A DNA stretch of 64,000 bases from an uncultured archaeon (GTDB lineage Archaea > Thermoproteota > Bathyarchaeia > Bathyarchaeales > Bathycorpusculaceae). The translations under genes and the position numbers were made by a program. This document shows, in pieces, positions 9,731 through 19,973 of this stretch. The notes under the pieces were generated by a model. The model did no database searches. It was not told the origin of the DNA and worked only from the letters and a program-made list of their open reading frames with translations. The stretch's first letter is position 1. The number at the start of each line of letters is the position of its first letter. Location: the NCBI GenBank assembly GCA_963782915.1, contig CAWALK010000015.1, positions 160,001 through 224,000 on the forward strand. The letters are read 5' to 3'.

Positions 9731-11657
9731 AGCTACAACCCAAATCCGCAAAAGCCAAGCCCCTGGCAAACTCCCAGATCAGCTGCAAAACCAGTGCTTC
9801 AGCAGTTACCCTCTAAAATCCGAAAATCTCAGATACCGAGCGGTGCATATTTTTCAGAAAAATTTTTTCGGAACAAATCGCCAGAGTTTGCTAATTTGCG
9901 CTCAAAAAGCCAAAAACTGCTCTAAGCACCCGAAGGCTAGCCGAAAAAGTTGGCTTTTGCTTCGCATGGAGATTTTCGGAGGTACTTATATGAGGCCCCG
10001 ATATTCCCCATGCCAGTCTAGTGCACTAGGGACAAACTATACCTAATCAAGGCGTATTTGGCATAAGCGGCTGTTTTTGAGGCGATAGATTTTGGTTTCC
10101 ATGAAAAAATATCTGTTATTTTTTAATCTATGGGGATTCGGAGTAAAACAACCATTCTGATTTAATATTCAACCAAAATAGGGCTAAATTAAAGCTGTTT
10201 TAAGCAAAGAGGTCATACGATTAACCGTAAAATTTGCAGCCCTAGAGTAGGGCTCAAAATTTTAGAATTCAGATAAAAACTTCGATTTAACTTTTTTACA
10301 GCAGACTTGTCGCTCACCCCCTTTGTTGACAACTTACAGTCTTAGAAAGCAATCTCAACTGCCCTTCTGAAGGCCGACGACTCAGAGAAAATTTGAACAG
10401 TTAGTATTTGCAGGATTCCAAAGTGAGGCTAGGTCTGACTAGCAAAGAGGAAAACCCAAATCGAAAATACACAGCTGCTCAACAAGTTGTTTATTGGAAA
10501 AACGCTGGTGACACCGAAAAGCAGTTACTGCCTAGTTTAGAAGAGTGGTGACACACCAGAGAACACGATCGTTGCTTTAGGCAATACCAAATTTTTGATC
10601 TAATTAGAAACTGTATGCAGAACCTGTAGAGGGGTTAAGGCTATTTCCAGAATTGGTTGTTGCTCTTTAAAGGTCTGGATCCGGTAGTAGAAAAAACAAT
10701 CCTTGGCCAATCAGTGGAGGTGTTTCCAGTAACTCTTGAGTGGGTTTGATTCGAGGGCTTTAACCGCTCAAACCATTAGCGGGCTACAGATATCTTAAGG
10801 AAGAAGAGGTCTTAATCGATTGTACTCAGCAACAATAACAGCGTCAGGCATCCCTGAGAGCACTGGCACCGATAGGTAAAAATCAAAATAGACCCACCCC
10901 TCACTAAAATTTTCTTGCTGCTTCAACCAAATAATTTATCAGTTTCCGCTAACGAGGCACATTTAAACGATGACTAAGTAATCAAGAAATCATTTCACAG
11001 TCACCTAAGATATCATAAAGCTGCTTCTTCAAATAACAAGCAAAATAGTTAGGTTCGGCTTAACTGACTTTCGGCAACTAACAATCCTCGACGTTGTATG
11101 CAATCAACCCAAAGGGCGCTCGCTCTTTCCGGTAAATCGGCTAATCTTCCTGCTGATAAAATTAAGAATGTTTTCTTCTGTAGTAACCTTACTACCAAAA
11201 ATGACGCTGCACAGGAAGAGGGTACAGCGAGCAGCCAATTGATGTCGCTTCACAGGTAAGCCTCAGGACCCGGAATAGTGAGTGGCATAAAGTTAGGCGA
11301 GTGTAAACAGCCTTTATCACGTGAAATTTTTTTGGCTAACTATCATAGTTACGTGCTCTGACGGGTTGTTTTTTGTGTAAATGAAAGTCACTTACAGGTG
11401 CAAGCAGAGTTTTCTTTTAGGTTTTTATCGCTTGGTTGTGTCAGGTGATGGTTATTTTTATTGTAATACTTTAGCCACAGTGGTCACGCCAGCGGTATTT
11501 TAGATCAAGCAAGAGAGCAATAAACCTGTAGTTTTGGAGAGGAGTAAGTGAGGCAAATATCACTAATTTACCCTTTCAGGAATATTTTGTAAAGTGTCAA
11601 GTTAGGTAACCAATTCGTTTTCCACGATTGTAACCCAAATTTGCCAAGACCGCACAG

Positions 11658-11900
11658 CTACATTTGCATACTCACAAGTGGAATAACTTCCGCCCGTCCG
11701 TGAACACTGCGCAGATGAAAATCATGCGCCTCTAAGGTATCAAAAAGCACTCCGCAATCTCTACACCGATACTTGCCCTCAGCGGTTCTCTCGGAGGCAT
11801 CCTCATAATCCAGCAGGGCATTCGCCAAGTTTTCATCATAAATTTCCTGATACCCTTGATGTTTTTTTGTTTGCTGTTTCACCTTAAAAGTCACCTTCAA
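11658..11900 (-). CDS. small C2H2 zinc-finger protein
   Basis: YRCRDCGVLFDTLEAHDFHLRSVH. Confidence 0.75.
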   Translation of the reverse strand: MKVTFKVKQQTKKHQGYQEIYDENLANALLDYEDASERTAEGKYRCRDCGVLFDTLEAHDFHLRSVHGRAEVIPLVSMQM

Positions 11901-12020
11901 AAAGAGAATATCGCTTCATGATTCACTGCGTTCTTACAGCTTTAAAGCGTGTGTGAGTGGCTTATGACAGCAACAAACGCCTGCATTAATGGTATATCTC
12001 GGGCTTTTGCGAAAAATTCC

Positions 12021-12054
12021 GTATACAAAAGCATCCCCCAGACACAGTCTTTTT
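12021..12054 (+). repeat. dispersed motif M1
   Basis: GTATACAAAAGCATCCCCCAGACACAGTCTTTTT. Confidence 0.88.
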
Positions 12055-12107
12055 CGAGGTTTAGAAAAGTTTTTCAGCAAAACAACCCGATAAACCATGG
12101 GAGAAAT

Positions 12108-12521
12108 ATGTCTGGCTTTAGCGTTGTAAATAAAACCTTAAAGTTTGCCACCCAAGGCGAAATCCACTTCACAGACTTATCCGAAAAAATCCAAGAAGCC
12201 GTCAGCGCCTCTGCAATCAAAAACGGCATCGCCCACGTCTTTGCACCCCACGCAACCGGCATCCTGATACTAACCGAAAACGACCCTGCCCTACTAGAAG
12301 ACATCAAAGCCTTCCTTGAAGAACTCGCGCCTAAACATGGAAATTATCAGCACCCATCAAACGCCCATGCCCACTTGCGATCCATGCTTCTGCCCCCGGA
12401 CAAGACCTTACCTGTGATTGATGGGCAAGTGGCGTTTGGGACCTGGCAATCGCTGCTCTATGTAGAAACCGATGTTTATCCAAGGGAAAGAACCGTTATC
12501 ATCCAAGTTATGGGCGAATAA
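12108..12521 (+). CDS. YjbQ/UPF0047 family protein
   Basis: FAPHATG, TEND, NAHAHL and FGTWQ motifs. Start reassigned to ATG 12108. Confidence 0.9.
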   Translation: MSGFSVVNKTLKFATQGEIHFTDLSEKIQEAVSASAIKNGIAHVFAPHATGILILTENDPALLEDIKAFLEELAPKHGNYQHPSNAHAHLRSMLLPPDKTLPVIDGQVAFGTWQSLLYVETDVYPRERTVIIQVMGE

Positions 12522-12564
12522 TTGCCCTGAGGAGTGTCTTCGTTTTTCTGGCTAATTTCTTCGA

Positions 12565-12913
12565 ATTCGCTTTTCGTAGCCCCAAAAAATACTTCGACCA
12601 TGGAGAAATTGAACAATTAAGTGCTAATCCATTCAGCCAGTAACGGCAGGTTTAACGTTTTGTTGTAAAAAGTGTCCATTCGATTGTTTTTCGCATAGAA
12701 GAACTCTGCCAACAGCGTAAGTGTACGGTTCGCGCTGACAAATCGGTCACCAAAAGCACACTAAAAGCCCCGTTTCAGCGCTCAATTACCCAAATTTTTA
12801 GCCATTGAGGCAGAAAAAGCCCTAATTCGAACGCTTTTGTGCAATAGAAAGGGTTGCTATGGGCTAAAAATCAGCGGTTTTTAACCCTCTGCCCATGACT
12901 ATATAGGCTTCGC
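12565..12913 (-). repeat. modular non-coding element copy U3
   Basis: M4 12913-12894, M3 12693-12651, M5 12611-12565, all on the minus strand with the same M3-M5 spacing as U1. Confidence 0.75.
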
Positions 12914-12928
12914 ATCAGTTCGAGATGC

Positions 12929-13666
12929 TTAGCCGCGGTGTTCAGTCTTTATCCGTTTATTGACACCCTTAGAGCGCATTTTCGCTTTCTTTTTTGCATC
13001 GTCAATCAGCGAGGGTTTCTCAGCGAACGAATCTGGCGTAGACTCTTCAATGGGCAACTTATCCGCTACCTCAGAGAAGTCAGCGTCAGTTGCTTGCTCA
13101 GCACCATTTTTGAGCATGGTTTCAACAGCACGATCGACATCTCCCTCCTGTAGGTTGATGCCCAATGTTGCATCCATAAGAACAACTGCCTCAAAGCCAA
13201 GCTTGCATGCATCAACAACTGTGTTAACGACGCAGTAATCCGTAGCTAAGCCGGCAACAAAAAGTCGCTTAACTCCGAACTGGCGCAGTTCATTAGCAAG
13301 GTTTGTGCCGTCAAAGGCTGAATACGCTTCATGTTTGGGGTCGGTTGCTTTTGAAATCACGCAATAGTCATCGGGTAGTTTGAGGTTTGGGCTAAATTTG
13401 GCGCCCTCTGTTCCTTGAACACAATGAGGCGGCCAAGCTCCACCTTGCGCTATAAACGATATGTGATCCGCGGGGTGCCAATCGCGTGAAGCTATGATAT
13501 GTGCTTCTGAGGATTTGAAATGGTTAATGTATTCGTTTATGACGGGGATGATTTCATCGCCGCCTGTGACGGGTAAGGCTCCGCCGGGAAGAAAATCAAT
13601 CTGAATGTCTGTAATTAGGAGGGCATCATGTTCGGTTAAGTTGTAGGGTTTATTCAAACGCTTCAC
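12929..13666 (-). CDS. pncA: nicotinamidase/pyrazinamidase
   Basis: DIQIDFLPGGAL, DWHP..H.SF, WPPHCVQGT, YSAF and GLATDYCV motifs. Confidence 0.9.
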   Translation of the reverse strand: MKRLNKPYNLTEHDALLITDIQIDFLPGGALPVTGGDEIIPVINEYINHFKSSEAHIIASRDWHPADHISFIAQGGAWPPHCVQGTEGAKFSPNLKLPDDYCVISKATDPKHEAYSAFDGTNLANELRQFGVKRLFVAGLATDYCVVNTVVDACKLGFEAVVLMDATLGINLQEGDVDRAVETMLKNGAEQATDADFSEVADKLPIEESTPDSFAEKPSLIDDAKKKAKMRSKGVNKRIKTEHRG

Positions 13667-13805
13667 CTTTCATAAAAAGAACTGTTTACTAATTTAAAAT
13701 ATTCTAAAACCAATTATTGCTATAGCCTAAACTATTGAATAAACCTTTTTTCGCCACACCGATAACTCGTAAAAAACATAATTAAACGCACGGCGAACTA
13801 GCAGA

Positions 13806-14087
13806 ATGGTGAAAGTTTTGGCGATTTTGGCTTATGTTCTCTTTAAGGTTGCTTCAGGTACCGAGCGTGAAGTTGCACAGAAGCTGATTGAGTTTGAGGA
13901 GGTTACTCAGTCGGACATACTCTTTGGGGAATATGATGTTATTGCACGGGTTTCCACGGATGATTTGGATAAGCTGGAAGAGTTTGTGTCAGAAAAAATC
14001 AGGACTGTTCAGAATGTTTTGGTTACCTCAACTATGATTATTTCACGGGAATACAGGGGTAAGGGTAGCATTCCTAAAACTAAGTAA
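13806..14087 (+). CDS. stand-alone Lrp/AsnC ligand-binding (RAM) domain protein
   Basis: FGEYDVIARV motif, no HTH domain. Confidence 0.85.
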   Translation: MVKVLAILAYVLFKVASGTEREVAQKLIEFEEVTQSDILFGEYDVIARVSTDDLDKLEEFVSEKIRTVQNVLVTSTMIISREYRGKGSIPKTK

Positions 14088-14114
14088 CTTTGCGATTTTG
14101 TGCTTAGAAGCCTG

Positions 14115-14718
14115 TTTTCGTTGCCCGATGGCTTATTTGCATGCGCCAGAACAGTAAATTGTACTCATAAGCGTTATTTTGAGCTATGGTACTGGTGTTT
14201 CTTTAACTGAATAATGTAAAAAGTGACCATTCGAAAATTTTTCGCCGACACTAACAGCAAACTAAGTTCGGGTCTATCCAGCTCTGCTAAAAAAGCCTTC
14301 TATCAGCCGAGATACCCCAAACGTATCCAACCCCGAACACTCAAAACATCTAACACATAGCCAAAATCAACCCTTAAACAGACAACACGACAGATCAAAA
14401 CCCCCGAGTGGCCACCGGAAAAAACCAAAGGTACCTAAAAGCGTCCGATAACAGCGCTATTTGGCGTTAATCTTGCAGGCGTACCTGATTTGAGATGCCT
14501 TACTTTGGCTGGCAGAGACTTTTTGTTTTAGGTGCTTTCCGTTTTTGCTCTGAGATAGACAAATGCAGTGATCGTTTAGTGTTTGGATTTGTTGAGAGGT
14601 TGTTTCGAGGCGTCTGGCTTGTGCATGATTATATAAGGTTCGCTATTTTTCGAAGATTTAGGCATTTTTTGGGGTTTGTTGGCGAAGAAAACTGTGTGTG
14701 GGGGATGCTTTTGTATAC
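14115..14718 (-). repeat. modular non-coding element copy U4
   Basis: M1 14718-14685, M4 14643-14624, M3 14244-14202, M5-like CAATTT...GGGCAACGAAAA starting at 14161. Confidence 0.75.
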
Positions 14719-14746
14719 AGACCACAAATCGATGGGTTTTAGCCGC

Positions 14747-14768
14747 TTTATATAAGGGAGGGGGAGGT
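14747..14768 (+). repeat. TATA+G-tract motif M2
   Basis: TTTATATAAGGGAGGGGGAGGT. Confidence 0.65.
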
Positions 14769-15061
14769 ACCTTGGAGGTAGGTAGTAGGTTCCAGCAGGG
14801 TCTCTTTGGTTTTTAATACGGGATAGGGGGTCTTGGCAAAGCAGCAAAAGCGTTTTTATCAAACACACAAAAGCCCCAATCTGTTTGCATAAGCAGTCAG
14901 CAACCGAAAAGAATACTGACGCCAAAAAGCAATCATCTACAACGTCTGTTGGTTGTTGTTGAAACAAGGCAATTCCACAGCAACCACTAAAACAAAAAAG
15001 AGCCTCAAACGCTCCGCTGCCATAAATAACTAAATCAAAAATTGTTATAGAGAGAAAAAGC

Positions 15062-15265
15062 TTACTCTTTTTCTTCTTCTTTAATTTCGCATTGAAGCTT
15101 CTTAATGATTTCGTCAGCTCTCAACGCTTCGATTTTAAGTGTATAGAGTTGACCTGGTGTGCGCAACTTCAATTTTACGCCGTCTTTTAGACGTTTAACC
15201 TGGCATTGTTTTGCTTTGGCGCTCATGGCCACGAATTTCTCAACATCAGTAATCTCAGATGGCAT
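15062..15265 (-). CDS. rpl38e: ribosomal protein eL38
   Basis: MPSEITDVEKFV...VKLKLRTPGQLYTLKI matches the eL38 pattern (MP..I....F, VKFKVR....LYTL). 67 aa. Confidence 0.8.
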   Translation of the reverse strand: MPSEITDVEKFVAMSAKAKQCQVKRLKDGVKLKLRTPGQLYTLKIEALRADEIIKKLQCEIKEEEKE

Positions 15266-15418
15266 TTTACTTGTTCCTCAGTTAATATTCGCTGTGATGG
15301 ATAGCACGCCAAGTTTTTATCTGTTTTGGTGGACATAACTTATATTCAATCAACCCGTCTAAATATGAAAGATAAGCTGCGTAAGCGTATGCTTGGCTTA
15401 ACGGAGAATCAACGTTAG

Positions 15419-16661
15419 ATGAATCGAGTGCATGTCCTCTCGCTGATTTTAATCATAATTCTCATATTGGCAACAGCTACAGCGCTATTTTCTTACACGC
15501 AGAGCAGCAGCCAAACAGCCAACGCTTCAGCGTCAGTTTACGTGGGAGTGGCTTTCGGCGGAAACACCCCTGAACAAGCAAAACTCCTCATCGACAGAAC
15601 CAAAACCTACACCAACCTCTTCATCCTCAACGCAGGCAGAAACAACATCAGCACAAACGAATCGGCGGTTGAGGAAATCTGCGATTACGCCACAAACGCC
15701 AACCTAAACATAATCGTAAACTTGGGCATCAGAACCAACGCTAATTGGCAGTGGCAACTTCAATTCGTCAATAACTCCAAAGACCGCTATGGCGACAAAT
15801 TCCTCGGCGTTTACTATGACGATGAACCCATGGGAATACCGTTTGATTGGAATTGGCCCTCAGTCTTTGCCAGAAGCAGCTCAGCATTTTCTGACCCTTA
15901 CTTACCTGTTTTGCAGCCGCTTTTCCAACGAGTTGAAACCGCCAAGCAGACAGGGCAACTACCACGAAAATTACACAGTAGAATCCCAATGGTACCAAAG
16001 ACTCTTACTGCAGAACAGAGGACATAACGACCTCAAAAACAACAACATCACAACCTACACATCCGATTACCTGCTCTACTGGTACGACTACTTGGGTGGT
16101 TACAGCACGGTTTTTGCCCAAATCGGATGGAACACAAGCCTCATCAACCAGCAAATCAGCCAACTCCGAGGAGCAGCCACACTGCAAAACAAAACATGGG
16201 GAACAATAATAACGTGGAAAACCATGCAGCCACCATACTTAGACAGCGGCAAAGCAATCTATAGTCAAATGGTAACCTCCTACAATGCAGGAGCAAAATA
16301 CATCACCATCTTCAACTACCCATACAACGACAGCAGCAATCCCTATGGCACATTGACCGATGAACATTTCCAAGCATTAGAGAGGTTTTGGAATGAGGTT
16401 GCAACAAAAACAACGCCGAACTCAGCCCATGCCGAGGCAGCATTGGTTTTACCTAAAGATTACGGTTGGGGAATGCGACGCCCAGATGACAAGATATGGG
16501 GCTTCTGGAACCCAGACACCAAATCACCCCAGATTTGGACTAACACCCAAAAACTGCTCGATCAGTATGGACTCAAACTGGACATAGTCTATGATGACCC
16601 AGCATACCCAATCCAAGGCAACTATAGCAAAATTTACTATTGGAACCAAACAATCCCCTAA
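15419..16661 (+). CDS. membrane-anchored/secreted hypothetical protein, frameshift near 15960
   Basis: N-terminal TM segment, YYDDEP motif. ORFs 15419-16027 and 15789-16661 join into one protein. Confidence 0.75.
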
Positions 16662-16689
16662 AAGAAAAAGGGTTTCGAGCTACATTGGC

Positions 16690-16893
16690 TTAACTTTTCT
16701 TTGAACGGATACCGAGTTTAAGGTTAATGTCAACCGTGTATTCTTTATCCATTTTTCCAACAGCGAAATTCCAATCTTTAACCTCAACTTCCATATCCTT
16801 GAATTGACTAACAATCGCATCTTTGTATTCTTGAGCGGTTTCGCCAATCTTCTGTAGCTTTTCAGTTATGTTAACGGATGTATCAGGCATCAA
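16690..16893 (-). CDS. small hypothetical protein
   Basis: 67 aa, GGAGGTG Shine-Dalgarno site upstream. Confidence 0.7.
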   Translation of the reverse strand: MMPDTSVNITEKLQKIGETAQEYKDAIVSQFKDMEVEVKDWNFAVGKMDKEYTVDINLKLGIRSKKS

Positions 16894-16961
16894 TTTACAC
16901 CTCCTAAAAACAAGTTACCTACGCATGAAGCATGTGACAGTTAACTGATAATAAAAAATAT

Positions 16962-18185
16962 GTGACTGTGCAAACACAACAGCAAAATGCAATACACCCA
17001 GAATTCACCTTATCTATTGGTAGACTGCTTTTGACAACCTACAAAGTAGGCATATCAGGTTCTTATGGAGGATTAAACCTCGGTGACGAAGCAATACTGC
17101 AGAGTATCATTGCTCAACTCCGCAATTCACTGGATGTTGAAGTGACGGTTTTTAGCCGCAACGCCCAAGACACAACCGCAAGGCACCATGTGGAACATGT
17201 GATTGAAGTAAGGAATTTGACTAAAGTAGAGATTACGCCCCAAATCCGAGAGCTTGACTTATTCATTTTAGGCGGTGGTGGAATCTTTTTTGACAAAGAA
17301 GCAGACGTTTTCCTTCGCGAACTCGAAATCGCATACCAGAACAGCGTGCCAACAATGGTTTACGCAGTTGGCGCTGGACCATTAAACAATGAGAACTCGC
17401 GAAAAAAAGTAAAACAAGTCCTGGATAATGTTGATGTCATCACTGTGCGGGAACGGGAAGCAAAAAAAATATTCGAAGACATAGGCGTCGATAACCAAAT
17501 AATGGTTACGGCTGATCCTGCGTTTCTCTTAACGCCTGAGCCGCTTCCAAAGGATGCATTGAAGTTTGAGCAGGTACATGGAGACCGAACCTTGGTTGGA
17601 ATTTCGGTGCGTGAACCTGGACCAGCAGCACCGGACATCGACCCAAACTTTTACCATGCCCTCTTGGCTAACGCGGCAGATTTCGTCATAAGCCGTTTGG
17701 ATGCCGATGTTATTTTTGTTCCTATGGAACGCCAAGTAAATGATGTTCAACATTCCCATGCAGTTATCGCCAAAATGCTTCAGCCGCAGCATGCCGCAGT
17801 TATGAAGGGAGAATATTCTTCAGGGCAACTCCTTACATTCATGAAAAATTTTGTTTTTACCATTGGCATGCGGCTGCATTTTCTAATTTTCTCAGCTCTT
17901 CAAGGAGTGCCATTTGTACCTTTACCATATGCAACCAAAGTGAGCGGCTTGCTGGATAACCTGCAGGTTCCTATGCCACCTCTTAATCGTGTCGATTCAG
18001 GATTAGTAAACGCATACATCGATAAGGCATGGGATAACCGCAATGCAACAAAAGAAAAGATCGAGCAGCTTCTACCAAGTTTAAAACAGCTTGCAGCAGA
18101 AAACAACCGCTTAGCAGTCGATTTACTCACGGGAAAACGCTCAGAAACCCCCGAATTGCACAAAAACCTTGCAGAAGCAAGTTAA
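16962..18185 (+). CDS. polysaccharide pyruvyl transferase (CsaB/WcaK family)
   Basis: GSYGGLNLGDEAIL, ITVRE, TADPAF and IGMRLH motifs. True start is probably near 17031. Confidence 0.88.
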   Translation: MTVQTQQQNAIHPEFTLSIGRLLLTTYKVGISGSYGGLNLGDEAILQSIIAQLRNSLDVEVTVFSRNAQDTTARHHVEHVIEVRNLTKVEITPQIRELDLFILGGGGIFFDKEADVFLRELEIAYQNSVPTMVYAVGAGPLNNENSRKKVKQVLDNVDVITVREREAKKIFEDIGVDNQIMVTADPAFLLTPEPLPKDALKFEQVHGDRTLVGISVREPGPAAPDIDPNFYHALLANAADFVISRLDADVIFVPMERQVNDVQHSHAVIAKMLQPQHAAVMKGEYSSGQLLTFMKNFVFTIGMRLHFLIFSALQGVPFVPLPYATKVSGLLDNLQVPMPPLNRVDSGLVNAYIDKAWDNRNATKEKIEQLLPSLKQLAAENNRLAVDLLTGKRSETPELHKNLAEAS

Positions 18186-18196
18186 AGGCGAACAAT

Positions 18197-19612
18197 TTGC
18201 CAGTAGCCAAACGGCCCATAAAAGAAATTACTCTGCCAGCACGCAATGCAAAAGTGCTCCCTGAAGCGGACGTGCTAGTTGTGGGTGGCGGCCCAGCTGG
18301 AATCGGCGCCGCTTTAGGTGCTGCTGAAACAGGTGCAAGGGTGCTGCTGGTTGAACGGTATGGTTTTTTGGGTGGAAGCGCTACTGCGGGGCTTGTTTTA
18401 ACGATGGCTTCGTACTACACCTCCTCGAAGGTTCCCTTGGAGCGGTCAAGTGATGTTACGCTATTTCCTACGGATCATGGAGTAGGAAAACCCATTATCG
18501 GCGGTGTTTGGGAAAAGCTTGTTGAGCGGCTGGTCTTGGCTGGCGGCGCATTTGCACCTTCTACTAAAACGGGGTATATGGTTCCTTTTGACCCCGAGAT
18601 CTTCAAGCTGGTAACCTTGGAGATGCTCAATGCTGCCGGTGTAGAGTTGCTGTTTCATTGTTTTGCAAGCGGCGTTATCAGCAATGGAAACCAAATCGAA
18701 GGCGTTATTTTTGAAACCAAGTCTGGACCCATCGTTGCCAAAGCAAAGGTGATTATCGACGCTACAGGCGATGGTGATGTTGCAGCTTTTGCTGGAGCAA
18801 GCTTTGAAGTTGGTCGAAGTAGGGATCGCATGGTTCAACCGATGACCCTGATGTTTTTGATTGAGGGGTTTGTTCTTCAACGGTTTCAAGAGTATGTGTT
18901 GGCGCATCCTGATCAATGGCATGGCGTAAATGGCTTAACAGCATTGATGCAGCAAGCCAATGCAAAAGGCGAATTGAATGTTCCCCGAGAAAATATTTTG
19001 CTGTTCGGAAACGTTCACGAAGGCCATGTGCTCGTCAACAGTACACGCGTATTGGATACCTTGGGGACTGATGTTTGGGATTTGACTCGTGCTGAATTAG
19101 AAGGTAGACGACAAGTTGCCGAATTAACCCGTTTTTTCCGCAAGTATGTGCCTGGTTTTGAGGAGGCATATGTGGCGCAAAGCGGCATTATTACTTGCGT
19201 TCGGGAGTCAAGACGAATTATGGGTGAGTACGTGTTGACTGCCAAGGATGTCCTGGAAGCACGCCAGTTTGAGGATGCAATTGCGTTGGGAAGTTATCCT
19301 ATCGATCTGCATAGTCCCACCGGAAAAGGGACCATTCTTAAAAAAATTAAGCCCGGCGCAGCTTATAGCATCCCGCTACGATGTCTAATTCCGCTTAAGG
19401 TTGATGGGTTGGTGGTTGCTGGCCGCTGTATTTCAGGGACGCATGTGGCTAATGCGTCTTATCGTACGATGCCGATTTGTGTGGCTACTGGCCAAGCGGC
19501 TGGAGTCTGCGCTGCTTTAGCGGCAATTAATAGCCAATCGCCAAGAACAGTTAAAGCTGCCGAGGTGCAAAAGGAGCTGCTACGGCAGGGTGCTATTTTG
19601 AAGCTAAACTAA
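18197..19612 (+). CDS. FAD-dependent oxidoreductase (FAD_oxidored-type family)
   Basis: GGGPAG, IDATGDGD, VRESRRI, YPIDLH and AGRCIS motifs. Confidence 0.88.
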   Translation: MPVAKRPIKEITLPARNAKVLPEADVLVVGGGPAGIGAALGAAETGARVLLVERYGFLGGSATAGLVLTMASYYTSSKVPLERSSDVTLFPTDHGVGKPIIGGVWEKLVERLVLAGGAFAPSTKTGYMVPFDPEIFKLVTLEMLNAAGVELLFHCFASGVISNGNQIEGVIFETKSGPIVAKAKVIIDATGDGDVAAFAGASFEVGRSRDRMVQPMTLMFLIEGFVLQRFQEYVLAHPDQWHGVNGLTALMQQANAKGELNVPRENILLFGNVHEGHVLVNSTRVLDTLGTDVWDLTRAELEGRRQVAELTRFFRKYVPGFEEAYVAQSGIITCVRESRRIMGEYVLTAKDVLEARQFEDAIALGSYPIDLHSPTGKGTILKKIKPGAAYSIPLRCLIPLKVDGLVVAGRCISGTHVANASYRTMPICVATGQAAGVCAALAAINSQSPRTVKAAEVQKELLRQGAILKLN

Positions 19613-19635
19613 AAAGTGCATTAAGGTGGCTTTTG

Positions 19636-19917
19636 TTAGTGTGTTGGGTGAATATGTTTTATCCCAAAATACATGGCTACAACGAATAGCGGCAGGAATA
19701 CGGCTTCAATAACCAGAACGATGACGAGGTTGTTGGTATGACTGGCCTGCACTTGCTGCAGCGTAGGTAGTGTGACGTTGCCGCCTGTCTGCATGCCAGT
19801 AGGATTCTGAATAATTATGAGGTCACTTTGCGCCTGTAACGAAAAAATGACGGCAGGCACGATGATTGCAACCGCCAAAAATATGCCGGCTATGGCAAAA
19901 GTCTTTTTGTAATGCAT
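19636..19917 (-). CDS. small two-TM membrane protein
   Basis: Two hydrophobic helices, ATG at 19917. Confidence 0.6.
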   Translation of the reverse strand: MHYKKTFAIAGIFLAVAIIVPAVIFSLQAQSDLIIIQNPTGMQTGGNVTLPTLQQVQASHTNNLVIVLVIEAVFLPLFVVAMYFGIKHIHPTH

Positions 19918-19973
19918 AAAAAAACGCTCATAATATATTTTCTCAAAGAAAGTAATAAGCATTAAAGATTATA

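Noticed and set aside
9621-10046. 141-aa ORF and similar ORFs at 5343-5603, 14495-14967, 61649-62030 and 60044-60289
   Set aside because: They have biased composition and no family motifs. Shared peptides such as VYKSI and MLLYT simply translate the M1 DNA motif.
10711-10732. Possible ORB box or replication origin (CAGTGGAGGTGTTTCCAGT), and M2 G-tracts as ORB G-strings
   Set aside because: No canonical TTCCAGTGGAA core is repeated and no cdc6/orc1 gene is in the window.
4666-14718. M1 as a CRISPR repeat
   Set aside because: Copies are hundreds to thousands of bp apart, on both strands and imperfect. There are no regular spacers and no cas genes.
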